64,000 nt of DNA from Octopus sinensis (lineage: Eukaryota), in assembly GCF_006345805.1 (NCBI RefSeq), contig NC_043021.1, positions 28,210,001-28,274,000 of the forward strand, read 5' to 3'. The position numbers were made by a program, and so were the translations under genes. The notes under the pieces were generated by a model. The model was not told the DNA's origin. It did not search any database and worked only from the letters and a program-made list of their open reading frames with translations. Below, in pieces: positions 28,853 to 42,037 of the stretch (position 1 is the first letter of the stretch; each line of letters begins with the position of its first letter).

Positions 28853-29150
28853 TAATAATAATAATAACGATATAATAATAATAATAATATAATCATAATA
28901 ATAATAATAATAATAATAAAATAATAATAATCATAATATCATAATAATAATAATAATAACGATAATAATAATAATAACGATAATAGTAATAATAATAATA
29001 ATAATAACGATAATAATAATAATAATAATAATGATAATAATAATAATGATAATAATAATAACGATAATAATAATAATAATAATAACGATAATAATAATAA
29101 TGATAATAACGATAATAATAATAATAATAACAATAATAATAATAACAATA
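27898..29150. repeat. About 1.25-kb interrupted (AAT)n array
   Basis: Direct reading, with recurrent AACGAT and AAA variant units. Confidence 0.95.
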
Positions 29151-29963
29151 ATATTTAACCATTTGCTCTATGTGGATGATGTGAATCTTTTTAGTAACAA
29201 TGAAAAAGTGATAGATTCCTTAATACAGATTGTAAGACTCTTAGATAAGTTTGCAATATTAGTGATGAGATAGAGGCAAGTAGTCAGTAGTGAAGTCATC
29301 CGGATACCAGATATCTAAATCATTGACAGAAAGAGAAAGTTATAAGTATCTAGGAGTATTAGAATACTAACTAAAATAATGAAACCGAAAATTGAGAAGG
29401 AGTACATCAGAAAGGTGAGGAAGCTAATGAAGTCAAAGCTAAATGGTCCGAATCTAGTGAAGGCTGTAAATACTTGGGCAGTATCATTACTTAGACACTC
29501 AGCAGATTTTGTAGATTGGACAAAAACTGAATTGGCAAAGCTAAACAGAAGAACATAAGGAAACCATAAAACGAAACCAGAAAAAAAAGAACAAACATTA
29601 TCTAACTGGCAGGAGAAGGTTTTGCATGGTAGATTCCCAAAGGTATTTGCAGCGACCAGAAGTAGTGAGACATGGTTATGGTTGCAGAAAGGAAGGCTGA
29701 AAAAGGGGACCGAAAGTTTGTTAATAACAGCACAAGATCAAGCATTAAGGACTAATTGGATAAAAGCCAAGATAGACAAAAGCCAAGTAGATTCCCAATA
29801 TAGGCAATGCAAATCAAAAGAGGAAAGGGTTACTCATATAGGGAGTGAATGCAGCATGCTGGCACAGAAAGAATTCAAGGAAAGACATGACAATCCAGGG
29901 AGGGGAATCCACTGGGAGTTATGTAGAAAGCTAGGAAGTGAACATACTGATAAATGGTATGAA
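29150..29963 (+). mobile_element. R4/Dong-like LINE internal fragment (RT to zinc knuckle)
   Basis: NHLLYVDD, YKYLG, NLVKAVNTWAV, TESLLITAQDQALRT, RHDN..IHWELC. Cut on the right by SINE-A. Confidence 0.85.
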
Positions 29964-30195
29964 AAGGCGGCGAGCTGGCAGAAACGTTAGCACGCCGGGC
30001 GAAATGCTTAGCGGTATTTCGTCTGCGTTACGTTGTGAGTTCAAATTCCGCCGAGGTCGACTTTGCCTTTCATCCTTTCGGGGTCGATAAATTAAGTACC
30101 AATTACGCACTGGGGTCGCTGTAATCGACTTAATACCTATGTCTGTCCTTGTTTGTCCCCTCTGTGTTTAGCCCTTTATGGGTAATAAAGAAATA
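29964..30195 (+). mobile_element. SINE-A, well-preserved copy
   Basis: A-box-like GCTGGCAGAAACGTTAG, B-box-like GAGTTCAAATTCC, then GTCGACTTTGCCTTTCATCC body. Decayed copies at 47240-47450 and 50470-50680. Confidence 0.85.
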
Positions 30196-30689
30196 GGTAT
30201 GAACAGGAATCTAGTAAAGTAATAAATAATAGGATATATAAGATGTGCGACTTTAACATTCGTAATAGAAGCCCCGATTTAGTAAATAAAGAGAATAGAA
30301 GGTGCCAGATAACACTGGTCAACAAAGAATTTGTCCCAAGAAAACGAATACTTGTATCATATGTTTTTGCATGCAGAATTCATGCAAATAATGTCAAATC
30401 ATCTGTATCACCCACAATTCCTCTGTTCCACCATATCCTTCTCAGTTCCTGTTACGTGGGCTAAATTTCAGTTAAGGTGTTGAAATGTGATGGCAACGGT
30501 TTAGGATATATTGCTAATTTAAATGTTTATGAATAGAATTAACCTAATGAAATCATAAATCTGGCTAACTGAATCAATGACTCATCGACGCTTGGCAAGG
30601 CTAAGTCGATGAGTCACCGATACTTTGTCACTGCTGTGCTTGGAGTCTAAGCGTGCGGTTGTGTGCTAAGTTCACATATTCCTTTCACC

Positions 30690-32090
30690 TTCATAATGCG
30701 AAGAATCTGTATAAACAGCGCAAAAATCTTTTGCTATATTTGAGGTGACCTTAATCTTCAAGTCACCAAGACGGCGTTTCAAGCCATTCATTACAAAGTG
30801 CTATGAGCATTATTTTGACGGCAGAGTAGGTGACCAGGATAAAAGCTGGCCCATCACATGTGTTGTGTAACTTGTGCCAGGATTCTTACTACATATGCCA
30901 TTTCCTATCCCTCTGATTTGGAGAGAACTCAAAGATCACACTTCCGATTGCTACAAGGTATAACATCAAAATCCAAGCATACGCTAAAATATCCTAATTT
31001 ACAATCTGCTGAGACCAGTACTTCACAGTCAACACTTATTTGTACCTGACCCTGTGTTTCAAGTGAACCACATTTGTTGAGTCAGGGAGATCTGAATAAT
31101 CTTGTGCGGGATTTAAACTTGTGGGAAAAACCAAGCTGAACGTCTTGGTTCCAGGTTAAAGGGTTGGAATCTTCTCCAGAAAGAGAACAAAGTTAGTTTT
31201 TATAGTGCTCGCTATTGTGATTTTGCAAATTTTTTCTCACCTGAGGATGGTCTGTTGTTTTGTAATGATGTATATTCTGTTATGGAGGAACGTAACCACG
31301 AATGAGTGACGCTTGTTTATTTGAAAGCAGTTTTACTCCACAATGGAAATAAGTTTCCTTCTGTTCCTCTGGCCCGTGCAGCTAACATGAAGGAAACATG
31401 AGGGATTGAAGCTTCTGTTGCAAAAAATTAAGGAAAATAAGTGGAATATTTGTGGTGAACTAAAGGTTGTGGCACGTTTACTTGGAATGCAGCTGGTTAC
31501 ACCAAGTTTTGTTGCTTTCTCTGTGAGTGGGACAGTCGGGATAAGAAAAATTATTATACAAAGAATGTGTGGCCGAAACGATCTCTAATTCCTGTTCAGA
31601 TGAATGTCATCAATCTTCCCCTGGTTGATTCTGAGAAAATTTATTTGCCTCCTTTGCATATTAAGATAGGGTTGATGAAAAATTTCGTCAAAGGTATGGA
31701 TAGAACTGGCAAGGGATTCATGTATTTGAAAATTAAATTTCCAAGTGTAAGTGACGCAAAAATAAAAGAGGATAATTTTGCTGGGCCACGAATTAGGGAA
31801 CTGATGAGAAGCCAAAAGTTTCCTGAAGAACTCAATGATGTCGAAAAAGCTGCTTGGATGCCATTTAAGAAAGTTTGCAGAGAATTTTCGGAGAATCACA
31901 GAGTAGAGAACTATTCTGACATAGTGAAAGTGTTACTGACATCATGCTTGGGATGCAATATGAGCCTGAAATTCTACTTCTTGATCTGTCACTTAGACAT
32001 TTTCCCTGCAAATCTTGGCGCTGACAGTGACGAGCACGGCGAGAGGTTTCACCAGGACATTCTTAACATGGAAACCCGGTGCTAAGGAAA
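30690..32090 (+). mobile_element. Chapaev3-like (CMC) transposase relic
   Basis: FCYI, YEHYF..VGDQDKSW, KDHTSDCY, LPPLHIKIGLMKNFVK, HLDIFPANLGADSDEHGERFHQDI; many stops and frameshifts. Superfamily assigned from recalled motifs. Confidence 0.7.
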
Positions 32091-32257
32091 GTGGAGCTCT
32101 TCTATATATATATATAATATAAGAAACTGTGCAAAATGATGATGAGTAAAGCAGGTGCATAGTTTCCTTTACCTGTTGTTATCCGTAGATTTACTGCAGG
32201 AACTTCGTAGTTGTGGTTGGGGTAACAGTATTAATAAAATAGGAGAATGTAATAGAC

Positions 32258-32316
32258 TTTATTGGGTACAACACAAGTTTCGACCCGTTCTGGCTATTTT
32301 CAGGTACATCAATAAA
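32258..32316 (-). ncRNA. Degenerate type-I hammerhead-like motif
   Basis: GTAC-CTGAAAA-stem II-GAAAC(TTGT)GTT-GTAC, with outer TTTATTG/CAATAAA pairing. G8 is lost and stem II is imperfect. Confidence 0.4.
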
Positions 32317-32749
32317 AAAGTCTCACTTGAGATCTCTTGAGTCGGCTTACATACCGCTGCATGTTCATCAAAATTTAATGCTTTCGTCAATTGCTTGATA
32401 CAGGAACAAATAAATCGGAAAAATACAGACCAAAGCAGAGAAATTCTAACTTCGAAATATAGAAAGAAACAGTTGCGTTTATTTCCAACACACGACACTT
32501 GTTATCGCAGGCACATACGCCCCCCCCCCGCCCGCACACGCACACACACACACACACATTCACATATATGTGTGTGTATGTGTGTGTGTGTATGTGTGTC
32601 TTTTACTTTTTGTTTACTTATACACATCAACATATGATCCAATTGAACAACTTTGTGTGGTTGTTAAATTTACTAGAAATAAGAGCCTAAACTCTCTACG
32701 GCTGACGTGAGTATCGCCGAATTCAAATGGGTAGAAGACCTAAAACAAA

Positions 32750-32817
<68 letters not shown>

Positions 32818-33009
32818 CGTGCATGTGTGTGTGTGTGTGTGTTTGTGTGTGTGTGTGATTGGGCCAGGGGTGAATTTCAGTTCAATCGTAGAAAGGAATT
32901 CAAACACTTATCTGCCACTCCGAAAAGACAGTTTTATGTCGTTCTCTCTCTCCCTCATTCCTTCTCACTCTCTCTCTCTTTCCTTCTCTCTCTCTCTCTC
33001 TCTCTCTTT

Positions 33010-33044
<35 letters not shown>

Positions 33045-33317
33045 CCTCTCTTTCTCACTCGACACATGCATCAAATTTATGTATCTTAATTTTCTCCTTA
33101 ATATTGTGGCTGCTTCGGTGGCCCAGTGGGCATGGCTGTTGAGAAATAGAAATATAACACATAGATGGTGGTTTTAAATCTCCAGAGATTACAGGAAATA
33201 TAGTTGTTTATTTTAGTACAAAAAACAAATTGGCGTATTTGTGTGGTTGTTAAATTTACTAGAAATAACAGCCTAAACTCTCTACGGCTGACGTATTCTT
33301 GATAATAATAATAATAA

Positions 33318-33648
33318 TAATAACTGCCCTGATGCAGTACCAGGCAGTGACTCTCATGGGTTTGATTGGAAGTGTTATCATTTACATGATTTGTCTTGGT
33401 ATAAGCGATGGGCTACAGAAAATATTTTGCTCAATACTCTTTTACTCTTTTACTTCTTTCAGTCATTTGACTGTGGCCATGCTGGAGCACCGCCTTTAGT
33501 TGGGTAAATGGACCCCAGTATTTATTCTTTGTAAGCCTAGTACTTATTCTATCGGTCACTTTTGCCGAACCGCTAAGTTACGGAGACGTATACACACCCC
33601 CCATCGGTTGTCAAGCGATGTTGGAGGGACAAACACAGACACAAAAAC

Positions 33649-33724
<76 letters not shown>

Positions 33725-34232
33725 TATATATATATAATATATATATATACATATATACGACGGGCTTCTTTCAGTTTCCGTCTACCAAATCCACTCACAA
33801 GGCTTTGATTGGCCCGAGGCTATAGTAGAAGACACTTGCCCAAGGTGCCACGCAGTGGGACTGAACCCGGAACCATGTGGTTGGTAAGCAAGCTACTTAC
33901 CACACAGCCACTCCTGCACCTAATACCGCAGATTTACTTGTCAGTTGCCTGACCTTAACCAGTTGAGCATGTCCCTTAGTGACTGATGATATGTGCATCT
34001 CTGATCATGAGCAGCAGTAATGGGAGAACATCGTAGCCATGTGCTGGGAGGAATTCTTTGGGTTTTGAATAATTCACCTCTGGAAACATGGGTGTTTTGT
34101 TCAACATCCTTAAACTATATTCAGTGACTTTTTGAGCAGGATAGTCTACTCAACATGAAGTAAAATTCTAACCGAGACCCACCAGCAATGTTTGTACTCC
34201 AGTGTCACTTTGATGGCATGCACTTCTTTCTC
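33318..34232. mobile_element. Unclassified interspersed element flanked by (AAT)n on both sides, split by SINE-B
   Basis: Unique-looking sequence bounded by AAT arrays; rejoins cleanly across the AATAC duplication. Confidence 0.45.
33438..33921 (-). mobile_element. Full-length SINE-B with internal (TA)n and 5-bp TSD AATAC
   Basis: AATAC at 33433-33437 and 33922-33926. Other copies or pieces: 4770-4915, 17280-17420, 35200-35480, 36430-36780, 38900-39300, 42825-43015, 45265-45400, 60150-60450, 63215-63420. Confidence 0.88.
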
Positions 34233-34236
34233 ACTC

Positions 34237-34339
<103 letters not shown>

Positions 34340-34365
34340 GTAATAATAATAATAATAATAATAAT

Positions 34366-34420
<55 letters not shown>

Positions 34421-35741
34421 TAATAATAATCATAATAATGATAATTGTTTTACTAACCATTAAGGGTTCAATAATACACATTAGTACAGGATAATAACAC
34501 AATACAAATAAAGTGGGATTACAGGATGTGAAAAAACGTGTAAACAACGGAATAACAATAAATGGAATGAGAACAATAAAAATCCTCAAAGGAGGTTGAT
34601 TCCTAGGGCTACTCAAGGAAACTTTGCAAAAACTACGATCGCTCTGACTTCTGGAGCAAGTACCCACTCCTTTTCATTTACCCTCAGTCTACAGGCGCAT
34701 GCTTAGATTAGGCCCGTTTACTCGGGCCATTCGCGCTACATTCAAAATTGCTGAAAGCATTTCGTTCCCAACGCTCACTTTTCTTTTCAAGTGAAATTTG
34801 ATAAAGTTGAACAGTTATTGACCGAAGAGGAAACTTTCTGCTCTCAGCCCTATCGGTCAGGTCCACCACAGAATATCTTCTGTCCTTCCCGGCCAAAGAA
34901 AAGCGATGGGGCTATCCTAACAATGTGCTCAGCCCAGAGCCAGATCCGCCCCAGTCGCAGCGGCAGGTGTTCGACATAAACACGCAAGATAGTGATACTC
35001 GGGCACTGGACTAGGGCAGGCAGAACAATTTCGTCGCTCGGCGCCTCTCTCGTATCAGCCCGACTGACTCGACTTCAGTTTATCTAAATTCATCTTCATG
35101 GAGTGATGTCACGCCATTGCAAACCATAAACGTAAGAGGCAGCAGTCGGTCCGGCGCTTTTCCCCATTCGATTAATAATTTGTGACGGGTCTCTTTTATC
35201 TTTTACTTCTTTCGGGCATTAGGCTGCGGCCATGCTGCAGCACCTCCTTGAAGAATTTTAGTAGAACAAATTGACCGCGGTACTTAATTTTTTTAAAGCT
35301 TGGTACTTATCCTGAACCACTAAATTACAGGGGCATTAACACACCAACACCGGTTGTCAAGAAGTGATGTTGGGAGCAAACACAGACATACACCCAAACA
35401 CACACACACATACACACACTTATACAGCGATCGTTTTCTTTTACTCAATCCACTTACAGGCCTTTGGTCTGCTCGAGCTTATAGTAGAAGTGTCCAAGAG
35501 AGTAAAGACAAAGTCGACCTCAACCAAATTTGAGCTCAGAACGAAATGACAACGAAAATGCCACTAAGCTTCTTGTGCGATACCACGTGGTTGGGACACA
35601 CATACACGCCCCCACCCCGCATATAAATAAACATACACAAAAATACGCACACACGCACACACACACACACACACATATACACAGTCTATATTCATTTATA
35701 CATAGATAGATAAATATACAAATATATATGTATATAAGTAC

Positions 35742-35861
<120 letters not shown>

Positions 35862-35879
35862 ATATATATATGCATGAAT

Positions 35880-36050
35880 ATGTGGAGTCGCAATGGCCCA
35901 GCGGTTAGGGCAGCGGACTCGCGGTTTTAGGATCGCGGTTTCGATTCCCACAAGGCTCGGGCAGGGGGTGGTGGCGATCCCTGCTGTACTCTTTCCCCAC
36001 AACTTTCTTTCACTCTTTCTTCTGTTGGCTTCCTCGCTTAGCCAGCGGTC
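35880..36050 (+). mobile_element. SINE-C head fragment
   Basis: TGGCCCAGCGGTTAGGG (A box) and GGTTTCGATTCC (B box), matching 48955-49460. Confidence 0.8.
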
Positions 36051-38180
36051 ACGTGATCACGTGATATGCATGAATATAAAAGACCTAAATCTGGATTAAC
36101 ATGGTGAATGAAAATAACCCCATGTGGATATTTTATGAAACACATTAAAATAACATTGCCGCTAAGCTTCTCGTAGCATCAGTGTGCCACTGGGTTAAGT
36201 TTGGTGGAACCGGAGTTATCTATCTCTGATTGTAACTCCATACCCACTTAAAAAATATAGTAAAAATCTTGGTAAAAGCTTCTAGGTCCTCCTCGCTCCA
36301 GAATGAGGTTGGAGTGTGAAAGAGGAATGTAAAATGCGAGAAGACAGAACGCAAAGCATTTTGTCCGATGTTCTAATGATTTTGCAATTCTACCGACCGT
36401 AAAGATTACTTTGGTAATAATATTTAGAAATTCTTCCAATTTTTATTTGCTTCAGTCTTCGGATTGCGGCCATAATAAGGCTCTGCTTTCAAGGCTTTAC
36501 TAAATCAAATCGACCCTTATTCTATCGGTCTCGTTTGTCGAACAGCTAATTCATGAAACATAAACAAACCATCATCGGTTGTCAAATGGTGACGGCTGCA
36601 GCCGCAAACCACGTGCACGCGCATACACGTGCTCACACATACTCATATTTGTGTAGGACGTGCTTCCACACAGTTTCCGTCTTCCAATTCACTCACAGGG
36701 CCCTGGTCAACCAAGTGCAATAGTAGAAGTCGTTTGCCCAAGACGCCGCACAGTAGGACTGAACCAGAAAACGAGCCTCCAGGTGAAAAACAAAAGTAGT
36801 AAAACATAAAATGCATATTTTCACGTTTACACCACAAAATGAAACAATAGCGAAACGTTATGACGCAACGTTTTACAATTACTGACGGACAAACGCAATT
36901 CAAACGTTCTAACAGGTTCGGACAATTGTTTGTAAACAAAAGACTAACTAAAGATTGCTATTTCTGTCCTTTCGTCGTTACCTTAATTTTTCAATGATTA
37001 TTATTTCTTTTTTTCCGAGGGAGATTTTTTTACTCATGATTCAAAGAGAAGAAAATGTCTGAAAAGGCTGGATTTATGTTGATGTAAGTTAGTAACGTTA
37101 TGATGTCTATATTTTCATCAGCGTATATAATTAGTGTAGGCTGATCTCAATGTCAGGGCAATACATATCCGACAATAGACAATGATTATGATAGCTGACA
37201 ACAGTGATGTGTATGCATTAGTACAATATTGATTGGATGATCTCCGATAAATTAATCTCTAATGGGGAAAAAAGGACAATATTTCATTGGACAGCAACAG
37301 CGACATCCTTGTTCCCGATATGCACATTACGGACTAATGTTTATTTATTCACGAACCGGTTACACAACTATTACGAGAAAATTAATGATTTTTCCCCTAT
37401 TATTAATAAAATTATTATCTATTCATCTTGTTAGAGTTTCGGATCGTGGTATAGTTAAAAGCATGTTGGGATGGAGGAGGTGCGTGGCTTAGTGGTTAAG
37501 GTGTTGGACTCACCATCGTAAGATTGTGGTTTCGATTCCTGGACCGGGCGATGCGTTGTTTTCTTGAGCAAAACACTTCGCATCACATTGTTCCAGTCCA
37601 CTCAGCTTTAGAAATAAGTACCATTAGTGGGAGTGCGTCGATTAGTGGTTAAGTTGTTGGAATAATGACCGTAAAATTGTGGTTTCAATCCCTGGACACT
37701 TCATTTCACATTGTAGAAACGCGGTTAACCTGGAGAGGGATGGGCTCCGCCAGCTTTTCATGTCCAAGATACACTGCATAGCTGCAGTGCTCCAACGACA
37801 CTCAAGGAGTTAAGGGACTTGTCAATTGTCAATGCTGGGATCATGAGTGTATTGTTATGGGTTCATTGTTATGGCTTCATTGCGCAAGGCAATTCATTTC
37901 ACGTTGATCAGTTGTAAATGAATACTATACTACTGCTGGTGGAGAAAACTCCCCATCTAACTGAAACATACTTGGTGTACCCTTGGCCAAGGCTGGAAGG
38001 GATACGAAGGTGTCTGGGCGTTATGGATAATCACACACCCACCTAAAAGTAGTGAAAATATTGTATAAATTACTTGATTTTACTCGCACGGTAATAAAGG
38101 ATAAGCTTTTATATATATATATATATTATATATATATATATATACATGTGTGTGTATGTATGTATGTGTGTGTGCGTGCG

Positions 38181-38214
<34 letters not shown>

Positions 38215-38355
38215 AGTGTGTGTGTGTGTGTGCATAAAGTTTAAAAACGTCTTTCGCTCACGAATAACCATGGGATAGTATGTAGAAAGTTCCACACGGA
38301 GGCACAAGTACACGCAAGGTTCTTTATGGAAGACCAGCAGTCACCTATGAATATG

Positions 38356-38394
<39 letters not shown>

Positions 38395-39884
38395 GTATGT
38401 ATAATTGGTGAACTATTATAACAAAACTACCATTTATCTTCATCTATCTGAACACGATTAACACGTCCTCAAATCCAGTTGACTCATTGGATAACATTTC
38501 AATATAGGTTACCTCTAAGTTAGCCATCTCTCAGTGTCTGGAGCTGCCCAACACCGTAGGCCGCCCCACACAGGGCGAGTTTGGGGCAAGCACATGAAGC
38601 GAATTTGTCATCAAACACGGCATTACTTGTCCCACAGACTTAAAGAAAAGGTGATTCCAAATTTCTTTTTTATCTCCTTCTTCCTCCTTTGCGTCCTTCT
38701 AAAACAAAAAATAATTAACTCTAATACTCCATCGGTTCTATATTTATAGACACCGAAAGAATAAAATATGACGTTGACCTGGATGGATTTGAATTCAGAA
38801 CTTAAAAAACTGAAAAGAACATTGCAAGCTGTTTTAGCCGACGCTGTGGTGACATTACTGGGCGAAGGGAACACACAAACACATACACTCATACACATTC
38901 TGTCATATATCACTCGCTTGTTTCAGTCATTACACTGAAACCATGCTGGGGCCCACTTTCAAGAATTTTTCTCCAACGTATAGGAACCAGTACTGAAATG
39001 TTTAAAAGCCTGCTACTAATTACATCGGTCTTTTTTGTCGAATCGCTAGTTTTAGGAGCAGCAAACACCGGTTGTCAAGCGGTGATGTTGGACAAACACA
39101 GACACAAAGACACTAGCTCTGACACAAAAGATACACACATACACTCACACACATACATATAATATAGTATATATTTATGTTTGTTTGTGTGTATGAGTGT
39201 GTGTGTGTATACGAATGGCTTCTTTCGGTTTCCGTCAGCCAAATCTACCCACAAGACTTTGGTCGGCCCGATGCTATAATAGAAGATACTTGACAAACGG
39301 TGAGACTACGTGGTACCATGTGGCTGGGATAGACATAAACGCGCGCGCCCACACACATATAAATACACGTACATAAATATACACACAAACACGCGCGCAC
39401 ACACACACACACACACGCGCGCACACAAACACACACACACACATATACACAGTCTATATTCATTTAAACATAGATATATATATACAAATATATATGTATA
39501 TACGTACGTATATATGTATGAATATAAACGACCAAAATCTGTCCTAACAAGGTGAATGAAAAGATCCGCGCGTGGATATTACATGAAACGCATTGTAACA
39601 ATGTTGTTCTACGCTTGTGGTTTAACATCCAGTTACATAACACAATTATAAGCAAGCACGGAGAAAGAAGTTCATGGATGGTGAACCCTTCTCAATATAC
39701 GTTATTTATATTCTGGCTCAGGAGTTAGTTTCAAGAAAGCAGAAACACGAATTGTGGAATTGTGTGTGCAATTAGGAAAAAGAGAAGAAAATGAATCCGC
39801 AAATTTGTTATGAAAGAAGTGCAAGGTGTGAACAACCGAACCTAAACATATCTACATATTGCTTGTATGTTAATGTATTGACGC

Positions 39885-39902
39885 TGATATATATATATAT
39901 AT

Positions 39903-39936
<34 letters not shown>

Positions 39937-39944
39937 ATATATAT

Positions 39945-39977
<33 letters not shown>

Positions 39978-39982
39978 GTATG

Positions 39983-40019
<37 letters not shown>

Positions 40020-40024
40020 ATCTA

Positions 40025-40081
<57 letters not shown>

Positions 40082-40124
40082 ATCTATATCTATCTATCTA
40101 TATCTATCTATCTATATCTATCTA

Positions 40125-40194
<70 letters not shown>

Positions 40195-40566
40195 CATGCA
40201 TATATGTATGTATAGGTTTGTTTATACGTTGTCTTGCTATTTTCACTAAATATAAAGCTGGGAATAAGAATTTCTGTGTGTTTTCTCGTCATCTGAACCC
40301 TGTCATGCTGGACTTCTTTTTCCGAGAATGAGTTTGGAGTTTGGATATAAATCATCTTTACAATTTCAAGTTTTATACAAATATATTTATATATAGACAC
40401 ACATACATTATATACATACATACATACACACACACACGCACACACACATATATATACATACATACATACATATATATATATGTATATATAAATACATACA
40501 TACATACATACATACATACATACATACATACATACATACATACATACATACACACATATATATACG

Positions 40567-40598
<32 letters not shown>

Positions 40599-40640
40599 AA
40601 TACATATATACATGTATGAATCTATGTGCATATATATATC
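39885..40640. repeat. (TA)n/(TCTA)n/(TACA)n microsatellite cluster
   Basis: Direct reading. Confidence 0.9.
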
Positions 40641-41744
40641 TGGACATTTCAGTTACGCTGGATAATACACCTAAAAGAAGAAACGTAGTTGCAATGGGTG
40701 ACAGCTAGAGACGCTAAATTCAGGCGAATTTACTTTATCAGTTTCATTTACACACACACACATACATATATGTATATAAACCTCCTGGTGGCCTAAATAT
40801 ATATACATTCATATACATACATGCAGACATACATATAGATATACATACATACACATACACACATATCATTATTAATAAATTCCAGGGTAGCAATCATTAG
40901 TAAATTAATTAATTTTCACTGGCGAAGCTCTCGTCAGCAGGAAAGCCAAGATTAACAAGACGAGGCGATTAAGAACATGTCACGTGTTTACTTGTTATAA
41001 CTTTTCAAAATCCACCGCGCAAGCGCGTTTTTTTTATCGGCAGCTGATATAAAAATGCCGATTTTCTTTCAAAATTAGCCAAGCATTTTATCATTATTAA
41101 TAAATTCCAGGGTAGCAAAAGATTTAGAAAATATCTTTGCTACCATTGGTCTTGCAAGAAGAAAAAACTAGTCAATAGGCTCTAGATTGTTCATATAAAA
41201 ATAGTGTATATTTAACGCATAAGAGATGGCCATAACAAGACATCTGACCCCTTAGAAGGAGTAGTTAAACTCCAAACCATTTTTAGGGGTAATTTCGAAA
41301 GGGAATGGAAAATAAAAACATTTACCCTCTTTTTCCTGGACCATGATTTCAAGCAATCTTTAGTAAATAAAATAATTTACATTGACGAAGCTCTCGTCAG
41401 CAGGAAAGCCAAGATTAACATATAAAGACGAGGCGATGAACAACATGCCTCGTGTGTACATGTTATAATTTGAAAACATTTTTCTTTGGTAATATCTATT
41501 TATAATTGCATGTTTCATTTGCTTATAGAAATTACAAAGTTGTACAAGCTGGAGAATCGTGTAAAATTCCTATTGGAAATTCTTCAGCAGAATCTTATAC
41601 ACTGTCTGAAGAATTTCTAACTGGTATTAACATATATTGTTTATCCCTTGTAATTCCTTTTATTAACGAAACATGTGTAATGGTGTATAAACATTAGCAA
41701 AACATCAGTCCAAGTTATTCCAAGATATGCATATAGTTTCATTT

Positions 41745-41796
<52 letters not shown>

Positions 41797-41808
41797 ATAT
41801 ATATAGTG

Positions 41809-41911
<103 letters not shown>

Positions 41912-42037
41912 ATATATACATAGATGTATATTGATATTTCGCCTAGACATAGAGAGGCTAATAACCTGATGTAGAACTTAAGTATCCGGAGTTCTGCCAT
42001 TGTAACGAAGCTACAGTACCCAGAGTGAAGCCGCTCG

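Noticed and set aside
36049-36064. Palindromic double E-box TCACGTGATCACGTGA
   Set aside because: Sits at a SINE truncation junction; no evidence of function.
40931-41400. Minus-strand CTGACGA at 40931 and 41394 as hammerheads
   Set aside because: The motif pairs within its own hairpin and has no stem I partner.
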